A DNA stretch of 64,000 nucleotides from an uncultured Chloroflexia bacterium (lineage in GTDB: Bacteria > Chloroflexota > Dehalococcoidia > DSTF01 > JALHUB01), in assembly GCA_963703345.1 (NCBI GenBank), contig OY969814.1, positions 1,504,001 to 1,568,000 of the forward strand, given 5' to 3'. This document shows, one piece after another, positions 45,501 to 53,771 of this stretch. The position numbers were made by a program, and so were the translations under genes. Position 1 is the first letter of the stretch. Each line of letters opens with the position of its first letter. Under the pieces are notes generated by a model. The model saw nothing but the letters and a program-made list of their open reading frames with translations, did no database searches and was not told the DNA's origin.

Positions 45501-46157
45501 GTCGCGCCTGACGGAAGCATCTACGTGTCCGATACCTGGAACAAGAACGTGGGCACCGGCATCGGCCAGGTTGTGAAGTACGACGCCAGCTTCAACATTG
45601 TCTGGAAATCGGATAAAACGATTGGTCTATACGGCCCGCGCGACATCCTCGTCTTACCCGACGGCAACGTTCTCGTCGCTGACACGGGCAACAAGCGGAT
45701 CGTCAAGCTCAGCGGAGCGGACGGTTCGCTTCTCGGCGCCTATGGAAGCGACGGCACCGGCCAGGGGCAGTTCAACGAGCCGGTCGGCCTGGCCCTCGGC
45801 CCCAACGGCAACATCTACGTCGCCGACACCTGGAACGGCCGCGTTCAAGTCTTTGACTCCAACTTCAAGTACCTGACGGAGTTCAAGGTCAAGGGCTGGG
45901 GCAGCCAGGAAGTCACGGCCAAGCCCTATCTCGCCGTGCTGCCCGACGGCCGCGTCATCCTTGGAAACCCGGCGAGTGGGCGCATAGAGTTGTACGGCGG
46001 CTTCGGGCAGGCGACGGCCGCCTGGGAGCTGCCCGCAGTCCAGGGCGTTAGCGGCCGGCCGGTCGGTATTGCGCTGGACGGAAAAGGCTTCCTGTACGTC
46101 GCCGATTGCAACGGCAACCGGGTATATCGGCTGCCGGTGAGCAGCCTGACGGGATAG
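42597..46157 (+). CDS. TIGR03663/Agl23-like PMT-type membrane protein with C-terminal NHL beta-propeller
   Basis: LRLWDLG..HDESLH, PMMHGP, YFSRFARND, TKET, RGSQP, EKMPW; NHL repeats (GQFNEP.G..YVADTWN.RVQVF). Confidence 0.82.
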   Translation: MAVSDEPKKPAVSVKLSSAQAIAWLKANWPRYWEIALFAAIVAVAAGLRLWDLGARSFNHDESLHATYSWYLFNGQGYQHDPMMHGPFQFHFNAVLWKTLGIISAAPLLNNWVSWGVNDFTARLQYAMFGTALVALPFFFRSYIGRLGAFLAALFLTFSPVLLYFSRFARNDIIIAFFTLGIVICIWRYMSERRPRYLYLIAALLALSFATKETTFLTAAILLLFLDVFVAWELASGMRDRAESTAAAVAEPSPDKAATTRRARRKEVAAAPAKAAPQPLHWALVFLLFVPFAWFIAAAWPLIGKWRARWGLEKLPLSADLLLIVGTLAGVQFAAGVQLIPFVGGKDAYYKDPGVNEETLMKVAVFSFLVVSAYIGFLWRPRTWLICASIFYAIFVLLYTTFFSNIGGLTFAKDASGFWQGALGTLALLAFVGPSLLLLFSPNSPEGSPHKSIERQLTLAAGIGFAVFVVVFLFVLVDNGFWSGMWGSFDYWLKQQGVQRGSQPVYYYMMILPMYEFLPLVLAIIGAGWFLLRRQFLLSLSAVVGVCILIFLYFWVGASLPTLIPILVILGAALFAFRMDLFTTFLIFWAGASLIAYATAGEKMPWLTVNLTLPLIIIAAKFLNTLFERFRIRLPFDWRSPEILVLLVAACGALSMIILWLTAFSATGAVLAVLLGVVAAGLIARAVMLRGTLLGAQAAVALLVPALFIITVRDSFRANFQIGDWPREILSYADTSPDLPMVRDRIVAAGIQSGLGNDYPVSADNEIAWPMVWYFRNFNKVTWSSGSMTPPISGSIVLLKIDHQSWMDPYLDDYDPPISIRHLWWFGDGPQYYEGINAGGFVKDLFDTSVWNVWRNYFVWRQTPWAPPPDDALLYIPKSLATGTSAPVKGVTIPTVTVPPASQLVIGSQGSGNGQLDEPTDVSVDQAGNIYVSEGRNNRIQLFDKDGKSLRTFQPSGDAALNEPWSVAVAPDGSIYVSDTWNKNVGTGIGQVVKYDASFNIVWKSDKTIGLYGPRDILVLPDGNVLVADTGNKRIVKLSGADGSLLGAYGSDGTGQGQFNEPVGLALGPNGNIYVADTWNGRVQVFDSNFKYLTEFKVKGWGSQEVTAKPYLAVLPDGRVILGNPASGRIELYGGFGQATAAWELPAVQGVSGRPVGIALDGKGFLYVADCNGNRVYRLPVSSLTG

Positions 46158-46196
46158 TAGCGGCTCTCACCGCATCATGAAGGTTAGGGGCGTCTC

Positions 46197-46856
46197 TTGG
46201 AAGCATTTCGTGAGATCGCCGATGCTATCCTTGCCTTCGCCGATCATCACCTCTACGGCGCCCTCTTCATGCTGCTCTTCGCGGAGGAGGCCGGCATACC
46301 GCTGCCCGCGCCCGGCGACACCGTAATCCTGCTCGCCGGTGCTCAGGTCGACAAGGGGCAGGCCAGCCTCCTCGTCGTTGTCCTCTTCGTCGTTGTGGCG
46401 ACGCTCCTCGGCTCGTCCATCCTCTATTGGATATCGCGACTGGGCGGCATGCCGGTCGTGTTGCGCGTCTGCCAATTCCTGCACATCAGGGAAGAGCGAC
46501 TGGAGAAGCCCGGCGCCTGGATCCGCCGCCACCGAGGCGTCGCCATCGTCTTCGGGCGCCTGACGCCGGGCCTGCGCACGGTGACGACGATTGCTGCGGG
46601 CGTCTTTCAGGTGAACTACGGCGCCTTCCTCGCCTACACCGCCGTCTCCGCGACCATCTGGGCGCTGCTCTACGTGCGGCTCGGCGCCTTTGTGCACGGC
46701 TCCTACCGGCACGTTGCCCACTACCTGTTTCGACCCAGCGTCCTGGGACTCGCCCTGCTCGCCTTCGTCATAGCCGCCGCTACCGTCGCCTTCCGACGCT
46801 GGCGCGCCGCCCGGGAGCGAGACCGCCTCCTGGGCGAATCGGCGCTGGTGCGTTGA
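46197..46856 (+). CDS. DedA family membrane protein
   Basis: EEAGIPLPAPGD, FGRLTPGLR. Confidence 0.9.
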   Translation: MEAFREIADAILAFADHHLYGALFMLLFAEEAGIPLPAPGDTVILLAGAQVDKGQASLLVVVLFVVVATLLGSSILYWISRLGGMPVVLRVCQFLHIREERLEKPGAWIRRHRGVAIVFGRLTPGLRTVTTIAAGVFQVNYGAFLAYTAVSATIWALLYVRLGAFVHGSYRHVAHYLFRPSVLGLALLAFVIAAATVAFRRWRAARERDRLLGESALVR

Positions 46857-46958
46857 CCCTCGTTTTCGCCTCCGCCTATAATGTGTCACGTAGCGCGTCC
46901 GATCCTTCTAGTAGACCCGTCATACTGAGGACCGACGCCCTGAAACCGAGGCTCTTCA

Positions 46959-48005
46959 TTGCTGCGTAGTCGACGCGTTTGGCTCGGGATGATCCTGAGC
47001 CTTGTTTTTCTGGCCTTCTTCATCTACCGTTCCCGCGGCGACCTGGGCGAGATCCCCGACGCCTTCGCCCACGCCAACTACTGGTGGGTAGCCGCGTCGA
47101 TACCGGTCTACTTCGCCGGCGCCTGGTTCCGAGCCTGGCGCTGGAAGTATCTAATGCGACCCCTCGGTGAGCTGCGAGTCACCGCGCTGTACCCCATCGT
47201 CATCATCGGATTCATGGCGAACAACCTCGTGCCCGCGCGCGCCGGCGAGTTTGTGCGCGCCTACGTCGTCGGCGAGCGCGAGAAGGTCAGCAAGATGGCC
47301 GCTCTCGGCACCATCGCCGTCGACCGCGTCTTCGACGGCATAACGCTGCTGCCGTTCCTGCTCGTCGTCGGCGCCATCTCCGGCGTCAACAGCGAGCTGC
47401 GGACCATCGCCATCTGGATGACGGCGATCTTCGGCCTTGGCCTCATCGTTCTCGTTGTCCTCGCTCTCTCCGAAGAGCTCAGCCGACGATTCATCGGGCT
47501 GGTGCTGCGCTTTGTCCCGGCGCGACTCAAGCCGAACGTGCGGACGCTGGCGGAGTCGTTCCTGACAGGCTTGCACTCCTTCCGCAGCCCGGTCGACATG
47601 TTCCTCGCCTCGGCGACCTCCGTCGCCTCCTGGCTGCTCGAAGCAACGATGTACTACATGGTCGGCCTCGCCTTCGGCCTCCATCTCGGATTCGACATCT
47701 ACCTGCTCATCTGCGCCGGCGCCAACCTGGCGATAGCCGTAATCGCTACTCAGGGCGGCGTCGGCCCGTTCGAGTTCGTCGCCCAGCAGACTGCCATCCA
47801 CTTCGGTGTTGCGTCGGGTCTTGCCTCCGCCTACGCCGTCGCGCTGCACGCCCTGGTGCTGCTGCCCGTCATCGCCGTCGGCCTCTACGCTCTGTGGGCC
47901 ATCAACCTCTCGCTGGGCCAAGTCCTCAGCGGCAGAGGCGCGACTCCGGCGACGGAGGGCGCTTCCTTGCAGCCGTCCCTGCGTGACGAGAGCGAGGCGC
48001 CGTGA
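46959..48005 (+). CDS. lysylphosphatidylglycerol-synthase TM / flippase-like protein
   Basis: RAWRW, GFMANNLVPARAGEFVR, DRVFDG, GGVGPFE. Confidence 0.85.
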   Translation: MLRSRRVWLGMILSLVFLAFFIYRSRGDLGEIPDAFAHANYWWVAASIPVYFAGAWFRAWRWKYLMRPLGELRVTALYPIVIIGFMANNLVPARAGEFVRAYVVGEREKVSKMAALGTIAVDRVFDGITLLPFLLVVGAISGVNSELRTIAIWMTAIFGLGLIVLVVLALSEELSRRFIGLVLRFVPARLKPNVRTLAESFLTGLHSFRSPVDMFLASATSVASWLLEATMYYMVGLAFGLHLGFDIYLLICAGANLAIAVIATQGGVGPFEFVAQQTAIHFGVASGLASAYAVALHALVLLPVIAVGLYALWAINLSLGQVLSGRGATPATEGASLQPSLRDESEAP

Positions 48006-49309
48006 AATACGGTATCGTCGGCGCCGGCATCGCGGGACTGACGGCCGCGCTTCGGCTGACGCAGAAGGGGCACGAGGTCGCCCTCTTCGAGGCGAGGCCG
48101 CAGCTCGGCGGCCAGGCGGGCACCTTCGAGTGCGGCGGCAACCGCCTGGAAGTCTTCTATCACCACCTGTTCAGCGGCGACAGCGACGTCATCGGCCTCA
48201 TCGACGAGATGGGCCTCGGCGACCGCATGAGCTGGCGCGAATCGAAGGTCGGCTTCTTCCACGGCGGCCGCATCTACAACTTCGTCACCCCCGGCGATCT
48301 CCTCCGCTTCAGCGCCGTCTCGCCCATCGACCGCGTCCGCCTCGGCCTCGTCGGCGTCTACCTGCGACGGCAGAAGAACTGGCGCCGCTACGAGGGTGTC
48401 ACCGCCGAGCAGTGGATCAAACGCTGGGCGGGCAAGCGCAACTACGAAGTCGTCTGGGGGCCGTTGTTGCGCGGCAAGTTCGGCTCCCGCGCCGCGGACG
48501 TCAGCATGGTCTGGTTCTGGGGGAAGATATTCCTTCGCTTCGCCTCCCGCGGCGGCGGCGTGTCGCAGAAGGAGCGGCTTGGCTATCTCATAGGCAGCTT
48601 CGGACTGCTGATCGACGCCCTCGCCGACCGTCTGCGACAGGCCGGCGCGCGCGTCGAAGCGGGCCGGCCCGTGGAGCGCGTCGTCGTCGAGAACGGGCGT
48701 GCCTGCGGCCTCCAGCTTGCCGGCGGCGAGACCGTCCCCTGCGACGCCGTCATCGCCACGGTGCCCAACGCCGCTTTCCTGGAGATGGCGCCCTTCCTGC
48801 CCGACGACTACGCCGGCTTGCTGCAAAGGGTCCAGTACCAATGGGCGAGCACGCTCGTCATGACGCTGAAGCAATCGCTCTCCCCCATCTACTGGCTGAA
48901 CATCAGCGACCCCGAGATACCGTTCGTGGGCGCCATCGAGCACACCAACTACATCGAGCCGGCGCAATACAACGGCCTGAACGTCCTCTACCTGTCGAAC
49001 TACGTCGAGGACTCCTCGCCGGTCGTCGGCATGAGCATCGACGAGATCAGCGACTACTATCTGCCGCACCTGACGAAGATCAACCCGGCCTTCTCCCGCG
49101 ACTGGATCATCGACCGCTGGCTGTTCAAGGACTCCGCCGGCCAGCCCGTCATAACGATGCACTACGGCGATTCGATTCCCTCGCACGAGACGCCCGTTCC
49201 GGGCCTCTACCTGGCGAACACCACGCAGATCTACCCGGAAGACCGCGGCCTCAACTACTCCGTCCGCCTCGGCGACAAGATCGCCTCCTTCGTGACATCC
49301 ACCGATTAG
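48002..49309 (+). CDS. NAD(P)/FAD-dependent oxidoreductase (amine oxidase/protoporphyrinogen oxidase-like)
   Basis: GAGIAGL, LGGQA, FYHHLF, QIYPEDRGLN. Confidence 0.88.
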   Translation: MKYGIVGAGIAGLTAALRLTQKGHEVALFEARPQLGGQAGTFECGGNRLEVFYHHLFSGDSDVIGLIDEMGLGDRMSWRESKVGFFHGGRIYNFVTPGDLLRFSAVSPIDRVRLGLVGVYLRRQKNWRRYEGVTAEQWIKRWAGKRNYEVVWGPLLRGKFGSRAADVSMVWFWGKIFLRFASRGGGVSQKERLGYLIGSFGLLIDALADRLRQAGARVEAGRPVERVVVENGRACGLQLAGGETVPCDAVIATVPNAAFLEMAPFLPDDYAGLLQRVQYQWASTLVMTLKQSLSPIYWLNISDPEIPFVGAIEHTNYIEPAQYNGLNVLYLSNYVEDSSPVVGMSIDEISDYYLPHLTKINPAFSRDWIIDRWLFKDSAGQPVITMHYGDSIPSHETPVPGLYLANTTQIYPEDRGLNYSVRLGDKIASFVTSTD

Positions 49310-49337
49310 ACGTTGCGCTAAGCTATTCGCGCTCCTA

Positions 49338-49366
49338 TTGACAGCGTGCGATCTGTCGGCTACAAT
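49338..49366 (+). promoter_or_regulatory. near-consensus sigma70 promoter with overlapping palindrome
   Basis: TTGACA-17nt-TACAAT; GACAG-N8-CTGTC at 49340-49357. Confidence 0.75.
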
Positions 49367-49420
49367 GCGGCCAGCACGTACGTTCGCCTCAACCATCCAG
49401 GCAGAAAAGAGGGATCTGAA

Positions 49421-49714
49421 ATGGCTGATAAAACTGACCTACTCGTCCAGCGGCTGGACGCTATCCTTGAGCGCCTTGACATGCTTCTGGTTTGCGCGGT
49501 GCCCCCGTTGGCGGATGCGAAAGGGGAACTCGGCAAAGTGGAGAGCGCGATCCTCGGGCTCTGCGATCTTCAGCACACCTGCGAGGAGATTGCCGCGCGC
49601 ATCGGCAAGGGCAAGAACCACGTTGAAGTTACCTTGACCAAGCTGCGAAGAAAAGGGCTGGTCAGGAGTGTCAAGAGCAACGGACGCGTGGTCTACCTCA
49701 GATCCAGGACATAG
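49421..49714 (+). CDS. small winged-helix protein
   Basis: GAGGG RBS; amphipathic N-terminal helix, then TCEEIAARIGK..VEVTLTKLRRKGLV..GRVVY. Confidence 0.8.
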   Translation: MADKTDLLVQRLDAILERLDMLLVCAVPPLADAKGELGKVESAILGLCDLQHTCEEIAARIGKGKNHVEVTLTKLRRKGLVRSVKSNGRVVYLRSRT

Positions 49715-49723
49715 GAGGTCGTC

Positions 49724-50095
49724 ATGACGAACGAAAGCATTGGGCCCTCTGCCGAAATTGCCGAGCTTCTTCGCGAGCTGATCGCTTGGACACGGTTTCA
49801 AGCCTTGCCGGGTTTGAAAAAGATCTTGGAGACCGAGCTAAGTGAGGACAGGAAGCGTGTGGTCTACGAGTTGACCGATGGGTCAAGGGCCGGGCGGGAT
49901 GTTGGGGACCTAGCTGGTGTCCCGTCCAGGACGGTTCATAATTGGTGGGAACGCTGGTTCGAACTAGGAATCGTTAAACAGAGCCGCAGCCGGCCGGGCA
50001 GAATGGAGAGATTATGTTCGCTGAAGGACGTAGGTATTGAGGTCTCAACACCCCGTGGCAAGGAAATCATCGAGCAGGATGCGCCAGCAGGCTAG
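49724..50095 (+). CDS. small HTH/winged-helix protein
   Basis: AGGAGG RBS; VYELTDGSR..RDVGDLAGVPSRTVHNWW.RW..LGIV. Confidence 0.78.
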   Translation: MTNESIGPSAEIAELLRELIAWTRFQALPGLKKILETELSEDRKRVVYELTDGSRAGRDVGDLAGVPSRTVHNWWERWFELGIVKQSRSRPGRMERLCSLKDVGIEVSTPRGKEIIEQDAPAG

Positions 50096-50939
50096 CAAGC
50101 CCCGCCGGGCTAAGAACGACGCCCAGCTAGCAGAAGCTGGACATGGTTTCCGTCTCGTAATGCAGACGGTTCGGGAGTATGTCTTCACCACTCATCGGTT
50201 CCCCCAGGTGGCAGACCTATCCAAGCTCACCAAGATCCACCCCAAGAAGTGTCACGCCATTTGCGACACACTCGTTGGGCAAAGGCAGTTGTACGTTGCG
50301 TTCGGAGGTGAGGGCAGGGGGTCGCCCAAGGTTGTCGTTCCGTGTGACATGATGCAATCCATGCTTAGAACTCAAGCAAGGCCAGAGTGGATCTCCAAGT
50401 ACGAGCTTCCGGAAAGGGCGGAGTTTGTCCGCAAACTAGAGGACCTGCAGACCCAATTGTCTGAGGTTGAACAGATGGAGCGATTGCTGTACTTGACGGA
50501 TATTCCCCTGGAAGAGGCGGTGGCTTCAACACTCCAATGGCTTGGGTTTTCAGATGTACGTCATCATCAAGATGTTACTGACAATCCGGACATAACCTTC
50601 ACCCACAATGGAGTGTGCGCGATTGTTGAGGTTCAAGGTCCATCTGGGCCCGGGGACAAGGAGAAGGTATTACAGCTTCAAGGATGGCTAAATCGTGCCA
50701 TCGGCGAAGGCAAGCGCGCAAGCGAGATTCGCGGTTTCTACGTCCTCAATCACTACCGCGAGGTTGATCCTGAAGCGAGAAGGCCACCGCTAACAGCCCA
50801 CGCGAAGGAGCAGCTTCGGCTTTTTCATGGCAAGCTCTTGACAACAGTATCGCTGTTCGACATCGCCTGCCAGGTCAAGCGCGGGAAGCTCGCCAAAGAG
50901 AAGGCGCGCGACCGAGTGTGGAAAGGCGATGCTGCCTAG
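50079..50939 (+). CDS. wHTH + coiled coil + PD-(D/E)xK-like nuclease domain protein
   Basis: LEEAV...L.WLGF, PDITF, IVEVQG, QL.GW, GFYVLNHYR; start uncertain (50079 or 50160). Confidence 0.7.
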   Translation: MRQQASKPRRAKNDAQLAEAGHGFRLVMQTVREYVFTTHRFPQVADLSKLTKIHPKKCHAICDTLVGQRQLYVAFGGEGRGSPKVVVPCDMMQSMLRTQARPEWISKYELPERAEFVRKLEDLQTQLSEVEQMERLLYLTDIPLEEAVASTLQWLGFSDVRHHQDVTDNPDITFTHNGVCAIVEVQGPSGPGDKEKVLQLQGWLNRAIGEGKRASEIRGFYVLNHYREVDPEARRPPLTAHAKEQLRLFHGKLLTTVSLFDIACQVKRGKLAKEKARDRVWKGDAA

Positions 50940-51026
50940 CCCCCTGAGTGCCTGTCCGTTCGAGGGAGCCTCCACCGGCTGCTCTCGTTGATGTAGAATA
51001 GGCCAGACTCTTCCGAGAGGCCGGCC

Positions 51027-53657
51027 GTGACCCCAATCCGACGCCAGTACCTCGACATCAAGCGGCGCTACCCCCACGCCATCGTCCTCTTCCGCCTCGG
51101 CGACTTCTACGAGACGTTCGACGACGACGCCAAGCTCTGCGCCCGCGAGCTCGACATAACTCTAACTTCGAAGCCGATGGGCAAGAACCTGCGCGTCCCC
51201 CTCGCCGGCATTCCCTACCACGCCCTCGACGGCTACCTGGCGCGGCTCATCGGCAAGGGCTACAAGGTCGCGGTCTGTGAGCAGATGGGCGATCCGGCGA
51301 CGGCGAAAGGCTTGGTCGACCGCCAGGTGGTGCGCGTGGTCACCCCGGGCACGGTCATCGAAGGCCACCTGCTCGACGAGCGCGCCAACAACTATCTCGT
51401 CGCCCTGGCCGTCGGGCCGCTGCCGAAGGACCGTCGCCGCAGCAGCGAACCGCCGCAGGCCGGAATCGCCTACGTCGACATCAGCACCGGCGAGTTCGCC
51501 GCCGCCCAACTGGATGCCGACGCCGTCGCCGCTGAGCTCTCGCGCCTGCGACCGGCGGAGCTTCTCCTGCCCGAAGGCCTCGACCCGCCCGTCGCCGGTC
51601 TGCCGCTGACGCGCGTCGAGCCCGCCTGCTTCGAGCTCGATACGGCGACCGCGCTCCTGCTCGAACACTTCGGCGTCGCCTCGCTGGCCGCCTTCGGCTT
51701 GGACCAGATGCCCCTGGCGGCTTGCGCGGCCGGCGCCGTCCTCCAGTACTTGCGTGAAAACCAGAAGACCGCGCTCAGCCACGTGGCCGCCCTCTCCGTC
51801 TACAACCCGACGCGCTTCATGCTCCTCGATGCCCAGACGCGCCGCAACCTGGAGCTCTTCAGCGGCAGCCCTGGCCTAGCGGCAGGCAGGCGCGATGGCG
51901 ACCGGCACAATTCGCTCCTCGACGTGCTCGACCTGACGCGGGCCGCCCTCGGCGCACGCCTCCTCCGACGCTGGCTCGGGCAGCCGCTGCTCGACCTCGA
52001 CGCCATCCGCGAGCGCCAGGACGGCGTCGCCTGGTTCCACGAGAGCGCCGTCCGACGCGGCGCCGCCGGCGAAGTGCTCGCCGGGATGCCCGACTTCGAG
52101 CGCCTGCTCAGCCGCATGGCCGGCGGCGTCGCCCTGCCGCGCGAGCTCGTCGCTCTTCGGCGCGGCCTTGAGATGGTGCCCGCCCTGCGCGACGCTCTTG
52201 TCGAAGGAAAGGGCTCCGAAGCCGTCGCTGCCATGCTCGCCCGCCTCGACCCCTGCGACGAGACAGCCGCCCTCATCGCCCGCGCCATCGACGACGAGCC
52301 GGCCGGCGACCCGCAGGACGGCGGCGTGGTGCGCGCGGCCTTCTCGCCGGAGCTCGACGAGTTGCGTATCGTCACCCGCGACGTGCGCCGCTACCTCGCC
52401 GAGCTGGAGGCTGCGGAGCGCGCCCGTAGCGGCATCAAGACGCTCAAGATAGGCTACAACCGCGTATTCGGCTACTACATCGAAGTCAGCCGGCCACACC
52501 TGGCGCTCGTTCCGGACGACTACCAGCGCCGTCAGACGCTCGTCGGCGGCGAGCGCTTTGTGACCGAGCAACTCAAGGAGTACGAGAGCCGCATTCTCAA
52601 CGCCCGCGAGCGCATCGGCGAGCTGGAGTCCGGCATCTTCCGGCAAGTCTGCGCCCAGGTTGCCGCCGAAGGCAAACGACTGCTCGCGCTGGCCGCCGCA
52701 GTCGCCGCCATCGACGTGCATCTCGCCTTCGCCGAAGCCGCCGCCCGTTACGGCTACTGCCGGCCGGAACTTTCCGACGACGGCGAAATCGTTATCCGCG
52801 ACGGCCGTCATCCTTCGGTCGAGCGCGCCCTCGGCACCGCCGGCGCCTTCGTCCCCAACGACGTTCATCTCTCGAACGCCGACGCCCAGATAATCGTGCT
52901 GACCGGACCCAACATGGCCGGCAAGTCCACCTACCTGCGTCAGGTCGCGCTCACCGTCCTCATGGCCCAGATCGGCAGCTTCGTGCCTGCAGCTTCCGCC
53001 CGCATCGGCCTCGTCGACCGCATCTTCACGCGGGTCGGCGCGCAGGAAGACATAGCCTCCGGCCAATCGACGTTCATGGTGGAGATGCTGGAGACCGCGA
53101 ACATCCTGCACAACGCCACGCCGCGCTCCCTCGTCATCCTGGACGAGATCGGCCGCGGCACCAGCACCTACGACGGCATGGCCATCGCCCGCGCCGTCGT
53201 CGAGTACCTGCACAATCGCAGCGAGCGGGCGGCAAAGACGCTGTTCGCTACCCACTACCACGAACTCGTGGCGCTGGCGCAGACGCTGCCCAAAGTGAAG
53301 AACTACAACGTCGCCGTCACCGAAGAAGGGGGAAAGATCGTCTTCCTGCACCGCATCGTCCCCGGCGGCGCCGACAAGAGCTACGGCATCCACGTCGCCG
53401 AGCTGGCGGGGCTGCCGAAGGCGGTGGTCCAGCGCGCCCACGACGTCCTCGCCGCTCTTGAATCGCAGGCCAACGGGCGGCGGCCGGCTGCGCGCTCCAG
53501 CCAGACCGCAGCGGAGCAACTCCCGCTTCTCGCCGCGCCGTCGCCTCTCCTGGGCGAGCTCGCGCTAATCGACGTCGACGCCATGACGCCCCTGGAAGCG
53601 ATAACGAAACTCTACGAGCTGCGCAAGAAGGCGCGCGAAGACGACGCCTCGGCGTAG
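51027..53657 (+). CDS. mutS: DNA mismatch repair protein MutS
   Basis: TPIRRQY, FRLGDFYE, TGPNMAGKSTYLRQ, DEIGRGTST, SYGIHVA. Confidence 0.97.
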   Translation: MTPIRRQYLDIKRRYPHAIVLFRLGDFYETFDDDAKLCARELDITLTSKPMGKNLRVPLAGIPYHALDGYLARLIGKGYKVAVCEQMGDPATAKGLVDRQVVRVVTPGTVIEGHLLDERANNYLVALAVGPLPKDRRRSSEPPQAGIAYVDISTGEFAAAQLDADAVAAELSRLRPAELLLPEGLDPPVAGLPLTRVEPACFELDTATALLLEHFGVASLAAFGLDQMPLAACAAGAVLQYLRENQKTALSHVAALSVYNPTRFMLLDAQTRRNLELFSGSPGLAAGRRDGDRHNSLLDVLDLTRAALGARLLRRWLGQPLLDLDAIRERQDGVAWFHESAVRRGAAGEVLAGMPDFERLLSRMAGGVALPRELVALRRGLEMVPALRDALVEGKGSEAVAAMLARLDPCDETAALIARAIDDEPAGDPQDGGVVRAAFSPELDELRIVTRDVRRYLAELEAAERARSGIKTLKIGYNRVFGYYIEVSRPHLALVPDDYQRRQTLVGGERFVTEQLKEYESRILNARERIGELESGIFRQVCAQVAAEGKRLLALAAAVAAIDVHLAFAEAAARYGYCRPELSDDGEIVIRDGRHPSVERALGTAGAFVPNDVHLSNADAQIIVLTGPNMAGKSTYLRQVALTVLMAQIGSFVPAASARIGLVDRIFTRVGAQEDIASGQSTFMVEMLETANILHNATPRSLVILDEIGRGTSTYDGMAIARAVVEYLHNRSERAAKTLFATHYHELVALAQTLPKVKNYNVAVTEEGGKIVFLHRIVPGGADKSYGIHVAELAGLPKAVVQRAHDVLAALESQANGRRPAARSSQTAAEQLPLLAAPSPLLGELALIDVDAMTPLEAITKLYELRKKAREDDASA

Positions 53658-53739
53658 GGGAGGACTTCAATCCTCCCGCTCGTTATCCTCCCGCTGCCCC
53701 ATGCGTGACACAAATGCAAGGGGGGACTTCAGTCCTCGC
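53654..53739 (+). repeat. REP pair downstream of mutS
   Basis: gtaggggaggacttcaatcctccc (53654-53677) and degenerate gcaaggggggacttcagtcctcgc (53716-53739). Confidence 0.75.
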
Positions 53740-53771
53740 GCCGCCTCACGCGCGGCCGAGCAGTCTGGCGG

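Noticed and set aside
49310-51026. Three-gene island as an IS, prophage or classical restriction-modification system
   Set aside because: No transposase, integrase, terminal repeats or methyltransferase motifs.
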